DNA of 31,948 bases from a virus (taxonomy: Duplodnaviria > Caudoviricetes): the IMG/VR virus record IMGVR_UViG_3300023116_000201, positions 1 through 31,948 of that record, one strand, 5' to 3'. Below are positions 24,233 to 31,948 of the stretch, piece by piece; position 1 is the stretch's first letter; the number at the start of each line of letters is the position of its first letter. A model generated the notes under the pieces. It was given only the letters and a program-made list of their open reading frames with translations. It was not told the origin of the DNA and did not search any database. Made by a program: the position numbers and the translations under genes.

Positions 24233-25996
24233 GTGGCAACTCGCAAAATATCAGATTTAACCCTACTGACTGATGTATCAAGTTCGGACACGCTTCTGCT
24301 GCTTGATAATTCAGACCCAGTAGATACCAATAAAAAGTCATTAGTTGGCTCCATCTTCAAGGCTGTACCTGGGGGAACCCAAAACACTCCTGGTCTTGCG
24401 ATTGAGCTTAAGACTGCTACTGGTGTTTATTCTGAAACCCAAGGATCCATTGGATTCTCTATGGGTGATGCGAAGCTACAGCTTCAAAAACAATCCACTG
24501 CTCTTGTTATTTCTGCTAGAGATAGTGCTGATGCTAACTTAGATCTTTCTTTCCAGGCTCTTGGTACTGGTACTATTAGATTCAACTCACCTATCGCTAT
24601 TGACGATAGTGTGTTCGAGTTGCCTAACAGTTCCGACCAGACAAAAGTTGTTAAGTTCTCCGCTGCCCAGATTCCTTCTGGTGTAACTAGAACTTATGTT
24701 CTTCCTGATCCTGGACAAACTGACACTCTTGTTACTCTCACAACAGCTCAGACTCTTACTAACAAGACCCTGACTTCGCCTATCATCACTGGTAGCCTTC
24801 AGGGTGAGAGTCTGACCCTTTCGGGTAATCTTCAGGTTGATAACAACACTACTATTGGTTCTTCTCCTGTTGACACTATGGTGGTTACTGCCACCTCTAC
24901 ATTCAACAGCAATACAACCTTTAACCAACAGTTAGTAGTCAACGCGATTGCTACCCATTCTGAAGACATTCGCATCAATGTCAATAGTGACTCTCCATCC
25001 TATAAGAGACTGGAGTGGTTTGACGCTGCTCAAGATACCAACGCTGGTAGATTGGTTCTTGATGTAAATGTCCAATCCAGTGAAGCCACTCGCTACGCTG
25101 ACTTCACATATTATGATAGAGACACTGATTATACTTCTACTGACACTGGTTACAGTCTTAGAGTTGCTACTAATGGTTTTACTCTTCCTCAGGTAACTGT
25201 TGTCCTTAATGGAGATGCCCTTGGCAGTTTCGTTATTAACGACCCTGGTTCTGGACTTACTGATGGTCAACTGACAGCAACTGTTGTTGGTGATGGTACA
25301 TTTGGTGCTGTAACCCCTGTCATTATTAATGGTCAACTTACTGGACTTACGATTGATGCTGGCGGCGCTAACTATACTACTGCTACCATTCAGTTCAGCG
25401 CTACTGGTGGCGCTCTTCAGTATCGCACTTGGGACTATTCCAGCAGCACAGAAACTACCGAAACTGTAATTCATACAGGTAATTTGAAGCTGATCAGTGA
25501 GATTGGCTCTATCAATAACCTTGTTACTACAGGTACTGTCAACTTCGACCAAGGTACATTCCAACTGGATTCCGTCAATTCTATTGTCGGTATTGGACTT
25601 GCTCCTTCTCAATATAAACTCGAAGTTGGCGGAGATATATACTTTGAGGGAACGTCCCTCATTGGTGGTGATAATACCAGTTTTATCATTAAGAAGAGAC
25701 TTCAGTCTGTACCTCTTACTTTCGCTGATTACTCTGGCGCACTGGAGATGATCATTGATACCAGCGGTGATGTTGGTATTGGTAAGCTTCCTACTGCTAA
25801 ACTCGATGTTAATGGTAGTGCGGCTATTCAGGGTGACCTGACAGTAAATGAAACTGATCCAGTTAATCAAGTCGGTGGTGGTATTACTGCTAAGAGACTT
25901 ACTCTGATTGACCTCAACAATCAGAATCAGACTATTACATCGGAACAGATTGCTGCTTCTAGCAGACTCAAGACCTACTTCCACGCATATTCTTAA
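24233..25996 (+). CDS. Virion structural/tail-fibre-like protein
   Basis: GTG start; ATRKISDLT N-terminus; QTLTNKTLTSP, INDPGSG/IDAGGANYT and VGIG..P...LDV.G repeats typical of fibres; T/G/S-rich. Confidence 0.78.
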   Translation: MATRKISDLTLLTDVSSSDTLLLLDNSDPVDTNKKSLVGSIFKAVPGGTQNTPGLAIELKTATGVYSETQGSIGFSMGDAKLQLQKQSTALVISARDSADANLDLSFQALGTGTIRFNSPIAIDDSVFELPNSSDQTKVVKFSAAQIPSGVTRTYVLPDPGQTDTLVTLTTAQTLTNKTLTSPIITGSLQGESLTLSGNLQVDNNTTIGSSPVDTMVVTATSTFNSNTTFNQQLVVNAIATHSEDIRINVNSDSPSYKRLEWFDAAQDTNAGRLVLDVNVQSSEATRYADFTYYDRDTDYTSTDTGYSLRVATNGFTLPQVTVVLNGDALGSFVINDPGSGLTDGQLTATVVGDGTFGAVTPVIINGQLTGLTIDAGGANYTTATIQFSATGGALQYRTWDYSSSTETTETVIHTGNLKLISEIGSINNLVTTGTVNFDQGTFQLDSVNSIVGIGLAPSQYKLEVGGDIYFEGTSLIGGDNTSFIIKKRLQSVPLTFADYSGALEMIIDTSGDVGIGKLPTAKLDVNGSAAIQGDLTVNETDPVNQVGGGITAKRLTLIDLNNQNQTITSEQIAASSRLKTYFHAYS

Positions 25997-26002
25997 TTAC
26001 TC

Positions 26003-27010
26003 ATGGCAAACGGAGTTCTCGCTAGTTTCCACTCAGCGACATCAAAATACGCAAATCAATTCCTCGATAGGACAGTAAGTCCTAACGGATTGGTTCGTGC
26101 GGACTTCCCAATGTACACTTGCCCTGGTGCTCGACTTGCCAGTGGTTCGCTGAGAATCATGAACACTACTGGGGCTTCGCTCACAGTAGATGTGGGTATC
26201 CAAGATTACAGCGATGTAATTCAGTTTGCTGCTCCTGCTTCTCAAGTTCCTGTTGTCAGTAACTTTGAAGCATTTAGTTTCCCTGTTGGTACTTACACTA
26301 CAAGTTCTTACGTCATCATTAGTGCTCACAACGGCACTGCTTTTCAAGATGGTGAGACTGTAACGATTACTGAGCCTGGTGGCACTCTTCAGGGTACACA
26401 AACTGCTGTTGTTTGTAAGTGGGATCAATCCAACCTTAAAGTTTGGCTCAAGGATTTTGTTGGTGATTGGCCAGTAACAGTTCTTCCAAATGTTACCATC
26501 ACTGGTAATTCCTCTGGTGCTGCTGGTACTGTTACTGATAGTGCCGTGGGTACCTGGGGTCGTGTTACATATTATGATTTTAATACTGGAACTCTGCTGC
26601 TCCAGAATAGCACTCTGAAGAATAACATCTTCAACACTGCTGCCACATATGGTGATCAGAATACAATGTATGTGTCTGCCATTGGTGGTGCTGGTCAGCT
26701 TAGCGTACAGTCTCGTGCTATTGAATGGCTCCCATCTTTGTCAACAGTAACACTCTACAATGCTGCTAATCTTAACGGTACGGCAGTAACTGCTGAGTGG
26801 GTATCTGAAAACCTTGCTGAAGTCGTTGTAGCTTCAGTAAGTTATTCTGAGTCTGCTAATCAGATTCTGAAATCATACACCGTTCCCAACGGTTCTGAAG
26901 TGAGTTTGACTGGTTTGGTGCTTGAACAGTATCAAAACCTCTATGTCAATGCGTCTTCTGGCGCAGTGTTTAATTTCATTGGCTTTGAAGAAGCAACCTC
27001 TATTTACTGA
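26003..27010 (+). CDS. Virion structural protein
   Basis: 335 aa in the late operon; MANGVLAS start, FQDGETVT and ITGNSSGAAGTV motifs, FNFIGFEE end. Confidence 0.72.
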   Translation: MANGVLASFHSATSKYANQFLDRTVSPNGLVRADFPMYTCPGARLASGSLRIMNTTGASLTVDVGIQDYSDVIQFAAPASQVPVVSNFEAFSFPVGTYTTSSYVIISAHNGTAFQDGETVTITEPGGTLQGTQTAVVCKWDQSNLKVWLKDFVGDWPVTVLPNVTITGNSSGAAGTVTDSAVGTWGRVTYYDFNTGTLLLQNSTLKNNIFNTAATYGDQNTMYVSAIGGAGQLSVQSRAIEWLPSLSTVTLYNAANLNGTAVTAEWVSENLAEVVVASVSYSESANQILKSYTVPNGSEVSLTGLVLEQYQNLYVNASSGAVFNFIGFEEATSIY

Positions 27011-27016
27011 TATTAG

Positions 27017-30000
27017 ATGGCACTTACTAGACTCAAGAACGTCTTCACATCGAAGACGGGACGTTGTTTATATGTCAACCCAGACGACTTCGACGCATCG
27101 GATTCGTTTGAGAATAGGGGTAACTCGCCCAATCGTCCCTTTAAGACAATTCAAAGGGCACTACTTGAGTCGGCTAGATTCTCTTACAGAACTGGTCAGT
27201 TTAACGATGCGTTTGAAGCATTTACCATCGTACTGTACCCTTCTGAGTATGTAATTGATAACCGCCCTGGCATGAATACTGCGGGCGAAGCTTTTATTGA
27301 CGATGATATTCCCATTCTGAACACCAGTTCAAACCTGGAACTTCAGAACGCTGATGGCACACCAAACCCTAACAACCTTCTGTATAGATTTAACTCTGTA
27401 GAAGGTGGTGTTATTGTACCCAGAGGTACATCTCTGGTTGGTATGGATCTTAGAAAGACTAAGATTCGCCCTCTTTATATTCCTGACCCTTCGTCTGGTA
27501 GCATCGACCGTGCTGCTATCTTCCGTGTAACTGGTGGTTGCTACTTCTGGCAGTTCTCCTTCTTTGATGGTCCTCCTGCTGGTGTCTATAAGGACCCTGC
27601 TCAGCCATCTGCTAGTTCCCCACCATCATTCTCTCACCACAAGCTTACTTGCTTTGAGTATGCTGATGGTAGAAACATCCAGAGCTCTAAGAACGATACA
27701 ACTGGTAACCCACTGACAATTACAGACCTCGATCTGTACTATCAGAAGGTTGCTAAGGCTTTCGATGATATTCCTGACACCACTGGTGTTATCTCTGCTG
27801 ACGAGTTCCAGACCAGAGTTGAAGAAAATAGAATCGTTGGTCCTAACACATCTGGTCCAATTACAATCTCCACGATTGTAACTGACTTTGTGAACCAGGG
27901 TGTTTATACTACAACTGCTGAGGTTACAACTACTACGCCTCACGGTTTCTCTAATGGTACGCCTGTACAGATCGAAGGTGTATCTGGTGCTGTTGCTGAT
28001 AGATTTAATGGATCGTACTTCATTACTGAAGTTCCAACAACAACGACATTTAGATATGTCATTAAGGATCCAAATGCTGCGGCTCCTGCTAATAACCCTG
28101 TTGCCACTGGGTCTACTGTTAAAGTCGAAATTGATAACGTAGACTCTGCTTCTCCATATATTTTCAACATCTCGTTGAGATCTACATGGGGTACTTGTGG
28201 TATGCACGCTGACGGTGCTAAATCGACTGGTTTCAAGTCGATGGTTGTGGCACAGTTCACGGGTGTTTCGCTACAGAAAGACGACTCTGCGTTTATTAAG
28301 TGGGATGGCTCAGCATATATTGCTGGTAACCACACAGATGGTGACTCCATCTATAAGCCAACCTATAGAAACTTCCACGTTAAATGCTCTAACGACGCCG
28401 TTATTCAGGCGGTGTCTGTGTTCGCTGTGGGTTTTGCGGATCACTTCGTTGCTATCAACGGTGGTGACCAATCTATTACCAACTCGAACTCTAACTTCGG
28501 TTCATGCGCCCTGAGAGCGAAAGGATTTAAGACTCTACCATTTACTCAGGATAAGGCAGGTACAGTCACACACGTTATCCCACCGAAAAAACTTTCGCGT
28601 TCGTATGAAGCGATTGCGAACTATACTTGGACACTTAACCAACACAATAGAACTGTATCTCCTACCCCACTGAACGCTAATCATGGGCTAGAAGTTAATC
28701 AGTATATTCGTGTAGGTGCTATTGATGCCACCGAATCGTATCAGATCGAGACTGTCAATACTGATGGCTCACTGGTACTGAATCGTGGTTATCGTGGTTC
28801 TAGTGGTAGTGGTCAGACTGTATATGCTGGCAGCATTGATGAGATTGCTGTTGGTTATATTGCTCTTGATGTACAGAAGATCAAGAATAACTCTTCTCAA
28901 CAGAACCAGACTTGGACAGCTTCCACTAACTTTGCTGCTGGTAGTTCCTGTATCTACAACGGCAATGCTTACTATACTGCTGCTGGTGGTACAACTGGTA
29001 ACATTCCTCCCACATGGACTACCACACCATTCGCAAGATCTGATGGTGGTGTAACGTGGTCATTCATTGGTGCTGTTAATACCAGACTGTACATTTATGG
29101 ATATAATAGTGAAGCAACCAAGCCACCATACAAACTTCAGGGTTTCAACCTCGGTGCTAGAATCAATGAAGTTCTGTACGTTTCGCTGATTAATTCCAGT
29201 GGTGGTAGTTCTGTTCCACAGATATATTCAGCAGCACTAACTCCAACTGGAAGTGCTACTGTTGCTGATGAAGACTTTACTAGCATTACTACCCAGGCTT
29301 TTGTACCTGGAGATCCAGAACATCCCCTTCAGTTTGACACTGAACTGAGTACATGGTATATTAGAGTCACTGCTGCCACCTCTGGCAATAGTTCAACTGG
29401 TGTCCATTATCACCTGGGACAAGATACTTTCTACACCAACTCTCTGTTCACTGGCGCTTCATTCATGAAGCGTATTGCTGATAACAGATCTTCTAGAGAT
29501 AGAACATATCGTCTGCGTTATGTTGTTGACTCTTCGGTTCTGTCTAGAGATCCTATCAATGGCTACATTCTTCAGCAAAGAAACGTACCATCTGGACAGG
29601 GCTACACAGGTGTATATTACATCTACGACATTGAAAGAGTACAAGAACTCAAAGCAGGCGCTCAGAATGGTATCTACTATCTGACAGTATTGGATGGTAG
29701 AATCACTCCAAGTGATTTGAACCTGTCTGGATTCTCGTTCTCTCAGAACATTAACAACCTCTATCCTACACTGGATAAGGATAATCCAACAGAAGATCCC
29801 ATCGCTGCTGTATCTTCTGCCTCTAACGTTGTTATCGGTTTGGTCACCACAACTGATGGTGCTGGCAATGCCGACCCAGCTAGATCTATCACTAAAGAGG
29901 TGATGGGTCGTTGGATTCTTGAAAGTAAGAACAACTACACTAACTTTACTTCTGCTGATCCTGCCACAGCAAACTACATCACTCTGGAAGCCAGAGATGG

Positions 30001-31546
30001 TGATGCTGAAGAACTGGATCTGACACTGAGAATGATCCCCCTGAACGCTTCAGGTGGTACTAATCTTGAACTTAGAAGACCATCGATCCTTAGATCTGGT
30101 AACCATACATTTGAATATGTTGGTTTCGGTCCTGGTAACTATTCTACTGGTCTTCCTTCTGTACAGAATAGAGTTCTTACTGAAGAAGAAGTTCTCCTGG
30201 CTCAGTCACAGAAAGAAGAAGGTGGTATCGCTTTCTACTCTGGTCTGAACTCTAACGGTGACCTGTTCATTGGTAACACCAAGATTAGTTCGGTTACTGG
30301 TGAAGAAGAATCACTTGATACACCAGTTCTGAGTGTTGTTGGTGAAACTGCTAACCTCCGTCCTACATTCGATGAAATCATCGTCAGGGATAAGATTACA
30401 GTTGAATCTAACACTCTTACTACTGAGTTCAAGGGTAAGTTGCTTGTTCAGAATGAAACTCTGATCAACAATAAACTCACCGCTGCTGACATTACGATCG
30501 GTATTACTGGTGAATCTTCCAAGAACATTGACGTTATCTCTACTCAGCCAGGTGTATCATCTGCTAATGATGGTGACTGGAAACTGCTCGAACTTCCTAC
30601 CCGTGGTGAGTATCAGGGTTGGTATTGGACTGGTGGTAACTGGACTAAGTTCGGTCTGAGTGATACTGGTAACCTCAAGATTACTGGTGGATCAGGTAAC
30701 AGTGATGCTGCTGGTGATCTCCAGTTCTTGAATGGTCTGGGTGTTGATATTCAGAGCACAGGTACTCTTAAAGTTGGTACTGGTGCTACAACTCTTGGCG
30801 GTACACTTGGAGTAACAGGTAATGTAACTCTGACTGCTGATCTTGCTGTCAATGGTGCTGATATTACATCTACAGCGACCACATTTAATCTGCTTGACTC
30901 TACAGTTACCACGCTGAGATTGGCAAGAGCTGCCACAGCAATCACGATTGGCGCTACAACTGGTACCACAACTATCAGAAACAACGTTAATATCGACGGT
31001 GATCTTGATGTCAAGGGTAACCAAATTAAGGTTGGTGGTCAGCAGGTTCTGTCTGACAATGGCAGTGGTACTACCACACTTCAGAGAATTGATGCTCTGG
31101 ATGCTACAACTGAGGCAACGATTGAGTCTGCCATTGACACACTGAGCAACCTGACTTCTGCCTCTTCTCTGGCTACAGTTGGTACAATCGGAACTGGTAC
31201 ATGGGCAGCAACGATTATCAATCGTGCCTATGGTGGTACTGGCATCAATACATCATCCCTGTCCAATGGTCAACTGCTTATTGGTTCTTCCTCTGGATTT
31301 GCTAAAGCAACACTAACACAGGGTAGTGGTATTACTATTACCAACGCTGCTAATAGTATCACTATTGCTAACTCTGGTGTCAGATCACTTGCTGTCAGCA
31401 ACTCTGGCTCCAGCATCAGTCTCAATTCTAGCACTGGTGCTCTTACACTCACCATTGGATCTGGTTCTAATGCTTATGGTAACAGAACTATCTCCACTTC
31501 CGCACCATCTGGCGGTAGCAATGGTGATGTCTGGTATAGATACTAA
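27017..31546 (+). CDS. Large tail-fibre-like virion structural protein (1509 aa)
   Basis: LYVNPDDFDASD...RGNS..RPFKTIQRAL.E.ARFSY N-terminus typical of cyanophage fibres; beta-helix-like region (VSVFAVGF...SITNSNSNFG); T/G/S-rich shaft; ends APSGGSNGDVWYRY. Confidence 0.82.
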   Translation: MALTRLKNVFTSKTGRCLYVNPDDFDASDSFENRGNSPNRPFKTIQRALLESARFSYRTGQFNDAFEAFTIVLYPSEYVIDNRPGMNTAGEAFIDDDIPILNTSSNLELQNADGTPNPNNLLYRFNSVEGGVIVPRGTSLVGMDLRKTKIRPLYIPDPSSGSIDRAAIFRVTGGCYFWQFSFFDGPPAGVYKDPAQPSASSPPSFSHHKLTCFEYADGRNIQSSKNDTTGNPLTITDLDLYYQKVAKAFDDIPDTTGVISADEFQTRVEENRIVGPNTSGPITISTIVTDFVNQGVYTTTAEVTTTTPHGFSNGTPVQIEGVSGAVADRFNGSYFITEVPTTTTFRYVIKDPNAAAPANNPVATGSTVKVEIDNVDSASPYIFNISLRSTWGTCGMHADGAKSTGFKSMVVAQFTGVSLQKDDSAFIKWDGSAYIAGNHTDGDSIYKPTYRNFHVKCSNDAVIQAVSVFAVGFADHFVAINGGDQSITNSNSNFGSCALRAKGFKTLPFTQDKAGTVTHVIPPKKLSRSYEAIANYTWTLNQHNRTVSPTPLNANHGLEVNQYIRVGAIDATESYQIETVNTDGSLVLNRGYRGSSGSGQTVYAGSIDEIAVGYIALDVQKIKNNSSQQNQTWTASTNFAAGSSCIYNGNAYYTAAGGTTGNIPPTWTTTPFARSDGGVTWSFIGAVNTRLYIYGYNSEATKPPYKLQGFNLGARINEVLYVSLINSSGGSSVPQIYSAALTPTGSATVADEDFTSITTQAFVPGDPEHPLQFDTELSTWYIRVTAATSGNSSTGVHYHLGQDTFYTNSLFTGASFMKRIADNRSSRDRTYRLRYVVDSSVLSRDPINGYILQQRNVPSGQGYTGVYYIYDIERVQELKAGAQNGIYYLTVLDGRITPSDLNLSGFSFSQNINNLYPTLDKDNPTEDPIAAVSSASNVVIGLVTTTDGAGNADPARSITKEVMGRWILESKNNYTNFTSADPATANYITLEARDGDAEELDLTLRMIPLNASGGTNLELRRPSILRSGNHTFEYVGFGPGNYSTGLPSVQNRVLTEEEVLLAQSQKEEGGIAFYSGLNSNGDLFIGNTKISSVTGEEESLDTPVLSVVGETANLRPTFDEIIVRDKITVESNTLTTEFKGKLLVQNETLINNKLTAADITIGITGESSKNIDVISTQPGVSSANDGDWKLLELPTRGEYQGWYWTGGNWTKFGLSDTGNLKITGGSGNSDAAGDLQFLNGLGVDIQSTGTLKVGTGATTLGGTLGVTGNVTLTADLAVNGADITSTATTFNLLDSTVTTLRLARAATAITIGATTGTTTIRNNVNIDGDLDVKGNQIKVGGQQVLSDNGSGTTTLQRIDALDATTEATIESAIDTLSNLTSASSLATVGTIGTGTWAATIINRAYGGTGINTSSLSNGQLLIGSSSGFAKATLTQGSGITITNAANSITIANSGVRSLAVSNSGSSISLNSSTGALTLTIGSGSNAYGNRTISTSAPSGGSNGDVWYRY

Positions 31547-31562
31547 TAGGTTGAATTAAATC

Positions 31563-31948
31563 ATGTCGATTCCATATGATGCGGCTGCTGCCGCATACTT
31601 AAGTAGAGGATTCCATGCTAACGTCAAGGACGGTGGTTCTTGGCGTTACGTTGATAAGTTGTCTGTGCGCTCTGGTGGTTCTTGGAGAACTGTCAAGCAA
31701 GCATATGTGAAATCTGGTGGTGCTTGGCGAACGTTTTATGATCAGGAAAATGTATTTACTTTTACTGTAAGTACAGGCACTGGTACTAGAACAAGCACAT
31801 TTAACCTAGGTGATTGGCTCACAACTAGCAACTATTCCTCACCAACACTGGGTAGAACCTATAATAGTGGTGACAGAATCCGTGGACTGATTACAGTCAA
31901 CGGTAATGCTGGTGGTGATCCTGGTATCTACATTGGAGCATTTCCAGC
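31563..31948 (+). CDS. Putative fibre-tip/adhesin protein, truncated by the window end
   Basis: Open from ATG 31563 to the end: MSIPYDAAAAAYLSRGFHANVKDGGSWRYVDKLSVRSGGSWRTVKQAYVKSGGAWRTFY..., with three V[KR]xGGxWR repeats. Confidence 0.68.
   Translation, partial: MSIPYDAAAAAYLSRGFHANVKDGGSWRYVDKLSVRSGGSWRTVKQAYVKSGGAWRTFYDQENVFTFTVSTGTGTRTSTFNLGDWLTTSNYSSPTLGRTYNSGDRIRGLITVNGNAGGDPGIYIGAFP

Noticed and set aside
24932-25984. 350-aa antisense ORF in the fibre gene
   Set aside because: Its Ser/Ile/Thr-rich sequence is what the reverse of ACT/GCT/GGT-rich codons produces; no independent support.

Overview
A 32-kb piece of a T4-like cyanophage (cyanomyovirus) genome, gene-dense and mostly on the + strand. 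From left to right: (i) a nucleotide/replication/late-transcription block (thyX 3' end, phoH, PD-(D/E)XK exonuclease, gp33, gp59 with an apparent frameshift, DUF1825-like gene, gp32, talC) ending at a bidirectional terminator; (ii) a minus-strand block gp4-gp2-gp48-gp53; (iii) a plus-strand baseplate/tail block (gp54-like, gp26, gp51-like, a lysozyme-like + M23 tail protein, hub proteins, split gp5); (iv) a sigma70-type promoter-led accessory region with an extended acyl carrier protein, DUF4385, two 2OG-Fe(II) oxygenases, an HNH endonuclease overlapping tRNA-Thr(UGU), small ORFs and cpeT; (v) large tail-fibre/virion genes. The strongest unannotated signal is a full -1 programmed ribosomal frameshift cassette (SD-like GGAAGG, T_TTT_TTC, 5-nt spacer, GC hairpin) joining gp26 to a gp51-like frame that lacks a start codon, just before the putative tape-measure-like gene, which parallels lambda gpG/gpGT. 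All product names come from recognising motifs and gene order by eye; no database search was run.
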